From an uncultured Gemmatimonadales bacterium (GTDB taxonomy: Bacteria; Gemmatimonadota; Gemmatimonadetes; Gemmatimonadales; GWC2-71-9): a DNA stretch of 64,000 nucleotides. Below, in pieces: positions 46,633 through 57,682 of this stretch. The first letter of the stretch is position 1, and each line of letters opens with the position of its first letter. The notes under the pieces were generated by a model that was not told the origin of the DNA, did not search any database, and worked only from the letters and a program-made list of their open reading frames with translations. Where the stretch lies: assembly GCA_963795085.1 (NCBI GenBank), contig CAWCFX010000002.1, forward strand, positions 224,001 to 288,000, read 5' to 3'. The position numbers were made by a program, and so were the translations under genes.

Positions 46633-47654
46633 TGGCGGTGGTCGTGGCTCTCGCCGCGCGCCTCCAGGGACGCGAGGTCTTGCAGGTACACCGGGTCTTC
46701 CGGGTCAATGTCCGGGAGACTGGAGAGATCATCAGGCGCGAAGAGACCCACCATGTGGGCCATGCCGCCGTTACGCAGGGTTTCCCCGCTGGGATTGTCG
46801 TACTCGGCCGTGACCCGGTAGCGGTGCCCCGCGCGCAGTTTGATCCCGGCTCCGCGGATGCCGAAGAGGCGCCGGCCCATGCCGCTCACGTTGCCCTTCC
46901 GATCCACCTTCGGCTCCACCCGGGTGATGATCTTGCCTGACTCGGCGTCCTCCAGCCGGACCACGACCCCATAGTTGTGCAGGTGCCCGCTCACGGCCAG
47001 CAGCCGACCGCCGGTGGGCAGCGTGAATTCGTGCGACTGAGTCGAGCGGCCGGGCGGAATATTGAAGGTGTTCGTGCCGCCCACGGTCAGGTTCACGTCC
47101 ATGTACAGCGGGAGGACGCTCAGCGGCCGCGGGTTCTGGTTCCGGGGAATCCACTTCATCGTAAGCCGGAGGCGCACCCCCTCGAGGTCCATCCCGGTAT
47201 CGTTGTGCCAGGCCACATAGAGGCCCATGCGGGTGTCTTGGGCAAAGGGCACCCCGATGGAACGGGGCACCGAGGCATCCTCGGTTTCGGCCCCCGCCCC
47301 GAAGACCCGCTCCGCCATGGAATACAGCAGCTGCCGACGGTCAAAATTCAGAATCACCACGTGGTGCATCAGGTGCCGGGGCAGCGGGCGGCCGTCCCGG
47401 TCCATCACCTCGAAGCGAAACCCGCGGAGCCAGCCGTCCACCGGCCAGCGAAACCGTTCCACCGGCGTGTCGTGGGTGGACCCGTGGTCCATCATGCCTT
47501 CGGGCGAAGCGGGCATGGATGGCAGGCGAAAGGGGCCGGTCGTCACCACGAGTTCATGGCGCGACGAGTCAATCCGAACTGTCGTGGTGGGATCACCCGA
47601 GCCGCCCTGTGGGGAGGCGGCGCCGGCGAGGCCCAATATCAGGGGCAACAGCAT
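46629..47654 (-). CDS. Secreted PHM/DBH-like copper monooxygenase-fold protein
   Basis: H97-H98...H150 and H224-x-H226...M298 ligand pattern. YDN precedes the Met. Confidence 0.65.
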   Translation of the reverse strand: MLLPLILGLAGAASPQGGSGDPTTTVRIDSSRHELVVTTGPFRLPSMPASPEGMMDHGSTHDTPVERFRWPVDGWLRGFRFEVMDRDGRPLPRHLMHHVVILNFDRRQLLYSMAERVFGAGAETEDASVPRSIGVPFAQDTRMGLYVAWHNDTGMDLEGVRLRLTMKWIPRNQNPRPLSVLPLYMDVNLTVGGTNTFNIPPGRSTQSHEFTLPTGGRLLAVSGHLHNYGVVVRLEDAESGKIITRVEPKVDRKGNVSGMGRRLFGIRGAGIKLRAGHRYRVTAEYDNPSGETLRNGGMAHMVGLFAPDDLSSLPDIDPEDPVYLQDLASLEARGESHDHRH

Positions 47655-47715
47655 GCTACACTCCCCGGGGTTGAATGAGCGCTTTCGATTATCTTCAGGT
47701 CCATCCTAATCTCCC

Positions 47716-48582
47716 ATGACACTCCTCAAAGTCAACCCGCACGGTCACTTGCGCTGCGCCACCGACCTCATGCTCGTCTGCCTGGCCACGCTCGGTGTCC
47801 CAGCTACGTCCAGGGCGCAGGATCGGTTTTTCCCCGATGTTGCGTCCTTCGAGCTCCCCATCGCCGCACCCCGGCCGGCGGCCTTTTCGGGCCGGATCAT
47901 CAAGGAATCCATCGGGGACGACGCCTTCGGCGATGAAGTGGAAGCGGATGTCGGCATCGGCGAGAATTTTCCGATACTGGCAGTACGGCGGGGGCGGCGG
48001 CCGGTGACGCTGGGGTTCGGGGTCGTGGCGAGTGGCCGCTTCAGCCTGGACGACTCCCGCACCGCGCTGATCAGCAACGACTGGCAGGTGGGGTTCACCC
48101 TGCATGCCGATCTGGCGCCTTGGGAGCTGGCGCTCGAGGCGTATCACGAGAGCAGCCACCTCGGCGACGAATACATCCAGCGGTTTGGCGCCAGCCGGCT
48201 GGACTGGACCCGCGAGGTGGTGGCCCTCTGGGCCGGGTACCGCACCGGCGGGCTCCGGTTCATGGGGTCGGTGGGGAATGCCGTGGTGGACGAGCTTGGA
48301 CTGTCGCCCTGGCTTGGACAGGCCGGGGTGGACTACCGGGCCGGCCGGGTGTCACCGCTGGGCCTGGCGGCCCAGCCGCTCCTCGGGATCTACGTCGCCG
48401 GCGGCTCGGCGACCGGCTGGCGGCTCAGCACCTCCGCCAAGCTGGGTCTGGCATTCTCGGGCGCCCGTGTGGGAAGGGAGCTACGCCTGTCGCTGGTGGG
48501 CCACGATGGCCTCTCCACCCAGCGCCAATTCTACCGGTCCCGGAGCCGGTATGTGGGTATGGAAATTGAGTTTCAACTGTAA
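47716..48582 (+). CDS. DUF1207-like outer membrane protein
   Basis: YHESSHLGDEY motif, beta-strand pattern, C-terminal IEFQL. Confidence 0.65.
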   Translation: MTLLKVNPHGHLRCATDLMLVCLATLGVPATSRAQDRFFPDVASFELPIAAPRPAAFSGRIIKESIGDDAFGDEVEADVGIGENFPILAVRRGRRPVTLGFGVVASGRFSLDDSRTALISNDWQVGFTLHADLAPWELALEAYHESSHLGDEYIQRFGASRLDWTREVVALWAGYRTGGLRFMGSVGNAVVDELGLSPWLGQAGVDYRAGRVSPLGLAAQPLLGIYVAGGSATGWRLSTSAKLGLAFSGARVGRELRLSLVGHDGLSTQRQFYRSRSRYVGMEIEFQL

Positions 48583-48688
48583 GAAATGCGGGCAAAGGGC
48601 CACGGGGGAAGAGGGATAGGGGGGCGGCCCTCTCTATTGACAGGCCTTCGGCCAAGCGGCACCTTCTGGCACCCTGATTCCGGAACCC

Positions 48689-51600
48689 ATGAGATCTCTG
48701 CGCTGGGCCAGCCTTTCGGCGTGCCTCAGGATCGCCGCCGTATGTGTGCTTCCGTTCCTGCTGGCCACCTGCGGGGAGGACAACCCGTCGGGCCCCTCGG
48801 GGAGTCCTGTCGTGGGGCGGATGGAGTTCGTGTCCGGCCCGATCCTGTCGGGCGGTTTTTTTGGGCCCAACCTGCCGATTGACCGGGTCCATGTCGTCAT
48901 TGTGCGGCCTCCCAGCACCATCGTCAAGGACACCAGCAGGGCCTTCAATCCCAACGCCAACCAGCTTCGCCTCGACCTGCCGATCCTGCTTCGGGCGGCC
49001 GCCGAATCCTTGGACGTCACGCTGGAGTTGTTGAGCGGTACGACCGTGCTGTTCAGCGGCACCAGCCGGCTGGAGGCGCGGAGCGGCCCGCCGTCCACCA
49101 CGCCGCCACCCGCCATTCCGCTCGTCTTCATCGGGCCGGGTTCCGACCTGGCCAGCCTCCTGCTGGAACCGGTGGACAGCACCCTGACCCAGGGCGACAG
49201 CCTGAGCATGCGCGTCTCGGCTACCGACATTAGCCAGGCGCCGGTGCCGTCGTTCTATGTCGGGTGGAGCTCGAGCGACACGACCGTCGCGACGGTAAAC
49301 GGGGCAGGCGTGGTGCGGGGCAGGGTCCCGCGAGGCATGGTCTATATCCGGGCCCGGTCACCCGCCACGCTCCAGGCTCCCACCGGGGTGGTGGAGAGCA
49401 CCACAGTTTCGCTGACCCCGGCCCCGGCCAGCCTGCTCAAGACCGCAGGAGACAATCAGGGCGCCCCGGTCAACTCGCTGCTGCCCCAGCTGCTGGAGGT
49501 CGAGGTCCGGGGTTCGGACAACCTGCCGGTGGCGGGGGTTACGGTGGCCTTTGCCGCGCTGAGCCCGGGGGCCATCGTGGACAGCGCCACGGCCACGACC
49601 GACCAGGCCGGCCGGGCCCGCACGGGTGCTACCCTGGGCGGGACCGTCGGAGTCCAGACCTTTACGGCCACGGTGGCCGGACTGCCGGTCGCGACCTTCA
49701 CGGCCACCGCCTCGTCGGCGCCGGCGCCGACCTGGACGGGTGCGGTCTCGACCGACTGGCACACACCCGCCAACTGGAACCTGGGCTTTGTCCCTGCCTC
49801 GGCTGACAGCGTGACCATTCCCGCGGGGCCGGCCAACCAGCCGGTCGTGTCGGTCAGCAACGCCACCACCGGAGCCCTGCTCAACAACGGGACGATCACC
49901 CTCAGCGGCAGCGCCGCCATCACGGCCTTCGGCAACGTGCGGGGCAGCGGGACGATCACCGGCGGCGGCAACGCCGTCCTGGCGATGCCGCTGGCCGGCA
50001 CCATGCTGGACCTTTCGTCGGTTCCCAACGTGTTCATCAGCGCGGCGGTCACCCTGGGACGCACGGTGAACGTCACCGGGCAGCTGAACATCGGCAGCTC
50101 GGGCTCCCTGGCGTTCGCTAACCATACCGCGAACGTGTCGAGTTCGTTCTCCACCACCGGGGCCGCCACCATCGTCATGACCAGTCCCACCGACTCGCTC
50201 AAGGTCCAGGGTTCCGTCCTGTTCGACGGCGGCAACACCCTGGGGCTGATCACCAGCGGGGTGATCTTCGTGCGGGGCGACTTCACCCAGGGCGCCACTA
50301 CCTCGGCCCGGAGCTACGCTCCGACCGGCAACCATCTCGTCGTGCTCAACGGCACCAGCACCCAGGATATCGCGTTTGCCACACCCGGGGCGGCCGGTTC
50401 CAACTTCGAGACCGTGGTCCTGGCCAACCCGTCAGGCAACATCCACCTGCTGAGCGACATCTTCCAGGCGGGGCCGGTTGCCTTTGCGCCCGGCGTGCCC
50501 CGGATCGTCCACGGCAACGGGCACACCCTGTTCACCGCGGAACTGCTGGCGAACAATGCCACGCTGGACGACCTGCTCGTGGTGGCGAACAACGTCCAGA
50601 TCACCCAGTTCGACAGCATCACGTTCACCAACTACTCGCCGTCCGCGACGCCGCTGACGATCCTGCATCCCGGCGCGGCCACGCCATTCGTCTTCAACAA
50701 CCTGGTCTTCACGGTGACGCCGACGACCGGGTTCTACATGAGCGTGACCGACAACGCCGCCGACGCCAACACCCTGACCATCGAGATGGTGAACCCCACG
50801 CCGGGAGCCCCGGGCGGGTTGGTGCAGACCGCGGGCGGGGCGGTGGTCAACTGGCCCGCCGTGACGCCGGGAGCGCGGGACTGGACTGGTGCCGTTTCTA
50901 CCGATTGGTCCAACCCGGCCAACTGGAATCCGGCCCTCGTCCCGACCGGCCTCGACGATGTCACCATTACCCCGGCGACGAACCAGCCGGTGCTGACGGC
51001 TGCGTCGGCCGCCAACAGCGTGGTGATCTCCGGGCTGGGCGCCAGCCTGACCATTGGCGGACGGACCCTGACGGTGAACAGCCTGATCACCCACACCGAC
51101 GGGCTGCTGGTGATGACCAACCCGGCGGACCTGGTGGTGGTCAACGGCCCCGCGACGTTCCAGGGCGGCGATCAGACCGGCCTCCTGAGCGCCGGTGAGC
51201 TGCGGGTGGACGGGGATTTCAACCAGCAGCAGCAGACCACCAACAATAGTTTCGTGGCCAGCGGCTCCCACCGCACGGTCCTCACCGGCTCGATTCTCCA
51301 GGGTGTGCGGTTCTGCTGTTCCGCGGGAGCGTCGGGCTTCCGGAACCTGGACCTCTCGGGCTCCGCCGGTATCAATTACCAGTTCTCCGGGAACGGGGTC
51401 CAGGTCTTCGACACCCTGATCGCGCAGGTCGGCGCCGGCCCGGCGCCGCTGCTGTACGCCCTGGGCAACACACTGACCGCCGCACGCCTGCGAGTGGACA
51501 AGCTGATCGTGGACCGGGGGACACTGGTCCTGAATGAAGGCGGTGTCCCGGCCACCCAGCAGTTCAACAACGTCACGTTTCAGAACTATCTCACGTCCCA

Positions 51601-54600
51601 GACCCAGTTCTCCATCGTGGCGCCGGGCGGCAGCCCCCGTACGTTGACGTTCTTCAACCTGCACTTCCAACTCCTGAGCACCGGCAACACCGGCCGCTAC
51701 ATCAATGTGAGCGCGCCCAGTGGCACGCTGATCGTGGATCTCCCGGGGGCCACCCCGGCGGGGGGCAACGGCCCGGCGTTCACCGCCACCTCGGGCGCGG
51801 TCACGGTGAACTGGCCGTCGGGTCCCTCCCCGGCCACCATCTGGACCGGTGCCGTCTCCACCGATTGGTCGGACCCGGCCAACTGGACTACCAACGCGGT
51901 CCCCACCTTCGTGGACAGCGTGGAAATTCCGGCGGGGGGTAACCAGCCGACGCTCACCGGGGCGTCCCAGGCCGGCATCCTCGTCCTGGCGAATGGGACC
52001 CTGACCATGAACGGGCAGTCGCTGGCCGTCGGAGGGAACTTCTATTCCACCGGCTCCGGGCGCCTGGTTATGACCAACCCGGCAGACGGCATCAGCATCG
52101 GCGGCAACGCGACCTTCGACGGGGCCAACCAGCTCGGCTTCCTGACCGACGGCGCCATGATCCTGCTGGGCGACCTCACCCAGCTCGCGACCAACAGCCC
52201 CGACAGCTACCACCCGTCCGGCACCCATGCCCTGTTCCTGGCGGGGACCGCGAACCAGACCATCACCTTTGCCACGCCCGGACTGGTCCCCGGCTCCTCC
52301 CACCTCCAGGAGGTGGTCTGGAACGCCTCGGCCCCGCTCACGCTGGGCAGCGATGTCTACGCCCATGGGAGCTTCTTGAAGGGCAACTCCACCAGCGAGA
52401 CCATCGCCGGCGCCGGCCGGTTGTTGTCGGTGGCCTCCTTCAGCAATGCACAGGGCACCATCACCTTCGATGGGGTCCGGCTGGAGGTGATCCAGCCGGC
52501 GGCGATCCCGATCGCCCTGGACGATCTCTCATTCATCAACCAGGCGCCGGACGTGGTGCAGCTGCGGATCGACCATCCCGGCCAGGGCTTCCCGTTCACC
52601 TTCAACGACCTCAGTTTCGGCACCGTGCCGACCACGGGACTGTATCTCCAGGCGACCGACCTGAACCCGACGGACGGCCAACCGCTGATGATCGACCTGG
52701 TCAATCCCTCGCCGGGCACCGATGGCGGCTTTATCCAGGCCCTGGGCGGCGCGGTGATCAACTGGCCTGCGGCGGGCGGCGGCGGTAGTGCAATCTGGAC
52801 CGGGGCAGTGGACGACAACTGGAACGATCCGGGGAACTGGCAGGGCGGCAATGTGCCCAACCCGGGCGACGATATCCTCCTTCCGGCCGGCATGCCGAAC
52901 TATCCCGGGCTGGCGAGCAACGAAGTGGTCGGTAACATGGTGGTGGAGCCGGGAGCGCTGTTGGATTTCGTGGATGCCACCCTGGAGGTCCAGGGCGACC
53001 TCACCGGCGGCGGTTCGATGACCAATGGCGGTCCTGAGATGACCGGCACCGGAGTCACCCTCGAGATGGCCGACCTGGGCAACCTTGTGATCAGCGGCTT
53101 CGTTACCCTCACTGCCGATCTCGTGGTGAGCGGAAACATCCTCATTCAGGGGGCGCCGGCTCACTTCGATATCAACGGGTTCGATCTGGGCGTAGGTAAT
53201 GATTTCGTCACCACGACCCTCGGAACCTTCCAGATGACCACCGGCGGCGGGAGCATTGATGTTGGGGGGAGTGCCGTGTTCGAAGGCGGCCCGGAGAATG
53301 GGCTGCTGACCCAGGGCACCCTGTCGGTCAAGGGCAACTTCACCCAGGGCAATTCGAGCAGCCCAAACAGCTTCCGGGCCAACGGGTTGGTGGTGGTGCT
53401 GGATGGAACCGCCCAGCAGACCGTCACCTTTTCCGACTCGCTGCTCAGCTTCTTCGATGACCTGGACCTGGACAATACCACCGGCGGCATCCTGATGGCC
53501 TCGCTGGTTCGCCTGAACGGGAACTTGGCCATCGCCGCCGGGGTGAACGTCACGGCGGTCGATGCAACCGCGAGTGGCGACGGGTTCGATGTTCTCGGCG
53601 GGGTGTTCGCGTCGAGCGGCAGCACGCTGGCGGTTGGCCGGCTCTATCTCGTGGGCAGTATGTCGATGGCCGGCACCTGGAATACGGCGTCGGTCATCTT
53701 CCAGGGCACCGGCCAGACGGCCCCGGTGCTGCCCTACAACCAGGTGTACGTACAGACGGGGGACGTGACCTTCGCCGGCGGGGCGGTGGGGATGAGCTCC
53801 CTGGTAGTCTCCTCGGGGGTTCTGAACCTCGGAGGCCGTACCACGGTCAACGGGGACGTCTTCGTGACCGGGGGCACCCTGAAACCGAACGGCCGCACCC
53901 TCGCCATCGTGGGAGCGCTGAATCTCCAGGCCACCGGCACCCTGACCATGCAGAACCCGTTGGACTCGGTCCTTGTGAACGGGTTTGCCGGGTTCGGCGG
54001 GGGAAGCACCGTCGGCCTGTTGACCAACGGAGTCATCCAGGTGGGCGGCAGCTTTACCCAGTCGTCCGGGACCAGTGCCACCAGTTTTGCCGCCAGCGGC
54101 AGCCACAAGACCATCGTGGGCGCCGGGGCCGTACGGGTGCTGAATTTCGCCACCCCGGGGAGCGGGGGCGCCGGTTCTCATTTCGGCAACCTCGACGTCA
54201 CCCTGGCGAGCGGCGGACTCACCCTGACCAATGACATCGTGGTGGACGGCACACTCATCGCCACGCCGACGGGCACGGCGCCTACGATTACCGGCGGGGT
54301 CAGCGCCCGCAAAGTGACGGCGATGGCGCTGGGGGTGTCCCGGGGCTCGGGTACCAGTCTGGTCTTCGACAATGCCCCACTGGTCGTCAACGAGCAGGGG
54401 ACCATCCGCTTCCAGACCTTTGACCGGGCCGCCTTCCAGGGCTTCCCCACCGGCGCCACCTCGGCGATCCTGATGGACCTGACCCTCGCCGGCACCAGTG
54501 TCACCCCGCGGCCACTCACCTTTACCGCCCCGACGGTGCAGACCTCGCTCGGCAGTGGGGGACTCTACGCCCGGCTGGTCAGCAGCAACGGGCCGCTGGC

Positions 54601-54706
54601 GGTCACGGTGACCATCAGCGGGTCCAACGATCCGACCGGCGGTCCGTCGCGGAGCAACCCGTCCTTCGGGAACACGGTGAACGGGGCCCGGATTGTGTGG
54701 CAATAG
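48689..54706 (+). CDS. Giant (2005 aa) surface lipoprotein with Ig-like domains and repeated beta-helix-like modules
   Basis: Lipobox LATC, WSSSDTTVATV (Big_2-like), GDNQ...TTDQAGRA (Big_1-like), four WTGAV..W..P.NW repeats. Confidence 0.85.
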   Translation: MRSLRWASLSACLRIAAVCVLPFLLATCGEDNPSGPSGSPVVGRMEFVSGPILSGGFFGPNLPIDRVHVVIVRPPSTIVKDTSRAFNPNANQLRLDLPILLRAAAESLDVTLELLSGTTVLFSGTSRLEARSGPPSTTPPPAIPLVFIGPGSDLASLLLEPVDSTLTQGDSLSMRVSATDISQAPVPSFYVGWSSSDTTVATVNGAGVVRGRVPRGMVYIRARSPATLQAPTGVVESTTVSLTPAPASLLKTAGDNQGAPVNSLLPQLLEVEVRGSDNLPVAGVTVAFAALSPGAIVDSATATTDQAGRARTGATLGGTVGVQTFTATVAGLPVATFTATASSAPAPTWTGAVSTDWHTPANWNLGFVPASADSVTIPAGPANQPVVSVSNATTGALLNNGTITLSGSAAITAFGNVRGSGTITGGGNAVLAMPLAGTMLDLSSVPNVFISAAVTLGRTVNVTGQLNIGSSGSLAFANHTANVSSSFSTTGAATIVMTSPTDSLKVQGSVLFDGGNTLGLITSGVIFVRGDFTQGATTSARSYAPTGNHLVVLNGTSTQDIAFATPGAAGSNFETVVLANPSGNIHLLSDIFQAGPVAFAPGVPRIVHGNGHTLFTAELLANNATLDDLLVVANNVQITQFDSITFTNYSPSATPLTILHPGAATPFVFNNLVFTVTPTTGFYMSVTDNAADANTLTIEMVNPTPGAPGGLVQTAGGAVVNWPAVTPGARDWTGAVSTDWSNPANWNPALVPTGLDDVTITPATNQPVLTAASAANSVVISGLGASLTIGGRTLTVNSLITHTDGLLVMTNPADLVVVNGPATFQGGDQTGLLSAGELRVDGDFNQQQQTTNNSFVASGSHRTVLTGSILQGVRFCCSAGASGFRNLDLSGSAGINYQFSGNGVQVFDTLIAQVGAGPAPLLYALGNTLTAARLRVDKLIVDRGTLVLNEGGVPATQQFNNVTFQNYLTSQTQFSIVAPGGSPRTLTFFNLHFQLLSTGNTGRYINVSAPSGTLIVDLPGATPAGGNGPAFTATSGAVTVNWPSGPSPATIWTGAVSTDWSDPANWTTNAVPTFVDSVEIPAGGNQPTLTGASQAGILVLANGTLTMNGQSLAVGGNFYSTGSGRLVMTNPADGISIGGNATFDGANQLGFLTDGAMILLGDLTQLATNSPDSYHPSGTHALFLAGTANQTITFATPGLVPGSSHLQEVVWNASAPLTLGSDVYAHGSFLKGNSTSETIAGAGRLLSVASFSNAQGTITFDGVRLEVIQPAAIPIALDDLSFINQAPDVVQLRIDHPGQGFPFTFNDLSFGTVPTTGLYLQATDLNPTDGQPLMIDLVNPSPGTDGGFIQALGGAVINWPAAGGGGSAIWTGAVDDNWNDPGNWQGGNVPNPGDDILLPAGMPNYPGLASNEVVGNMVVEPGALLDFVDATLEVQGDLTGGGSMTNGGPEMTGTGVTLEMADLGNLVISGFVTLTADLVVSGNILIQGAPAHFDINGFDLGVGNDFVTTTLGTFQMTTGGGSIDVGGSAVFEGGPENGLLTQGTLSVKGNFTQGNSSSPNSFRANGLVVVLDGTAQQTVTFSDSLLSFFDDLDLDNTTGGILMASLVRLNGNLAIAAGVNVTAVDATASGDGFDVLGGVFASSGSTLAVGRLYLVGSMSMAGTWNTASVIFQGTGQTAPVLPYNQVYVQTGDVTFAGGAVGMSSLVVSSGVLNLGGRTTVNGDVFVTGGTLKPNGRTLAIVGALNLQATGTLTMQNPLDSVLVNGFAGFGGGSTVGLLTNGVIQVGGSFTQSSGTSATSFAASGSHKTIVGAGAVRVLNFATPGSGGAGSHFGNLDVTLASGGLTLTNDIVVDGTLIATPTGTAPTITGGVSARKVTAMALGVSRGSGTSLVFDNAPLVVNEQGTIRFQTFDRAAFQGFPTGATSAILMDLTLAGTSVTPRPLTFTAPTVQTSLGSGGLYARLVSSNGPLAVTVTISGSNDPTGGPSRSNPSFGNTVNGARIVWQ

Positions 54707-54707
54707 G

Positions 54708-54741
54708 AGTGAGAAGTGCGAGGTGAGATTGAAAGGTGAGA
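54708..54741 (+). repeat. Degenerate heptamer array after the stop codon
   Basis: AGTGAGA AGTGCGA GGTGAGA (TTGAAA) GGTGAGA. Confidence 0.55.
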
Positions 54742-54827
54742 ACTCCCGCCGCGGCTGGTGATCCACGCCACGGAGCGGGAGAACCGTAGGAGCGACTCTT
54801 CCAGGGAACCTCAACCAGGAAGGGCCC

Positions 54828-55172
54828 ATGGCAGCCACGAAGTCCACCCGAAAGAAGTCCGCCCGTAAGAAATCCACGCGATCGACCTCCACCCGCAAGA
54901 AGTCCTCATCCGGTCGCCGTTACGGCAAGGCGGCATCCAAGCGGGTGGAAAGTGCCATGCGCCGCCGGAAGAAGGGCACCCTCCGCTCCGGGAAGGGCGG
55001 CAAGGGCGGCAAGGTGAAGAGCCGGAAGCAGGCCATCGCCATCGGCCTCTCGGAGGCCCGGAAGAAGGGCGCCAAGGTCCCCCGGAAAAAGGCAAGCAGC
55101 CGGAAATCCAGCGCCCGGAGCCGGGCCTCGTCCTCCCGGAAGAAGAGCTCGGGCCAGCGTTCCCCCCGGTAA
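54828..55172 (+). CDS. Highly basic DUF6496-like protein
   Basis: KVKSRKQAIAIGLSEARKKGAKVP core flanked by K/R/S-rich tails. Confidence 0.8.
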   Translation: MAATKSTRKKSARKKSTRSTSTRKKSSSGRRYGKAASKRVESAMRRRKKGTLRSGKGGKGGKVKSRKQAIAIGLSEARKKGAKVPRKKASSRKSSARSRASSSRKKSSGQRSPR

Positions 55173-55242
55173 TCCGGGTCCCCTTGTCGAATCCCCCGGC
55201 GCGATTAGCGTTGGGGGAGTCCTTTTTCCCGGATCCCGCGCG

Positions 55243-55416
55243 ATGACCAAAGCCGACGACAAGAAACTCCAGGCCCTGGCCCGGAAGAACGCCGCCAAGA
55301 TCGTGAAGCCCAAGGACGGGGTGACCCCCAAGTACGACGACACGCTCCGCATCAAAAAGGAAGAGGAAAAAGACGCCCGAGGCCTCTTCAAGGAAATGAA
55401 GAAGCGCGAGTTCTAG
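55243..55416 (+). CDS. Small (57 aa) charged hypothetical protein, absent from the ORF track
   Basis: MTKADDKKLQALARKNAAKIVKPKDGVTPKYDDTLRIKKEEEKDARGLFKEMKKREF, with strong GC3 codon bias. Confidence 0.75.
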   Translation: MTKADDKKLQALARKNAAKIVKPKDGVTPKYDDTLRIKKEEEKDARGLFKEMKKREF

Positions 55417-55422
55417 GCCCCC

Positions 55423-55449
55423 TTGGCACTCCCCCTCCCCGAGTGCTTG
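55423..55449 (+). promoter_or_regulatory. CIRCE element 1 (HrcA operator)
   Basis: TTGGCACTC-N9-GAGTGCTTG, overlapping the -35 TTGACA at 55447-55452. Confidence 0.85.
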
Positions 55450-55474
55450 ACAGCAGCGATCCCCGCATTAGTTT
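55447..55474 (+). promoter_or_regulatory. groESL sigma70 promoter
   Basis: TTGACA-N16-TAGTTT between the two CIRCE elements. Confidence 0.6.
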
Positions 55475-55481
55475 TGGCCCA

Positions 55482-55508
55482 TTAGCACTCCACCCCTTGG
55501 AGTGCTTG
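55482..55508 (+). promoter_or_regulatory. CIRCE element 2 (HrcA operator)
   Basis: TTAGCACTC-N9-GAGTGCTTG. Confidence 0.9.
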
Positions 55509-55561
55509 TACTCGCAAATCATTTATCAACAATCACTTACTGCTCTGGTAGGAGGTCGCAC

Positions 55562-57606
<2,045 letters not shown>

Positions 57607-57620
57607 TCCATTACCGCGAG

Positions 57621-57656
57621 AACCCCTCTCCACGTTCAGTGGAGGGGGGTTTTTCG
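57621..57656 (+). terminator. Intrinsic terminator after groEL
   Basis: AACCCCTCTCCAC-GTTCA-GTGGAGGGGGGTT followed by a T run. Confidence 0.85.
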
Positions 57657-57682
57657 TTTCTCACCGGTATACTTTCCTCCCA

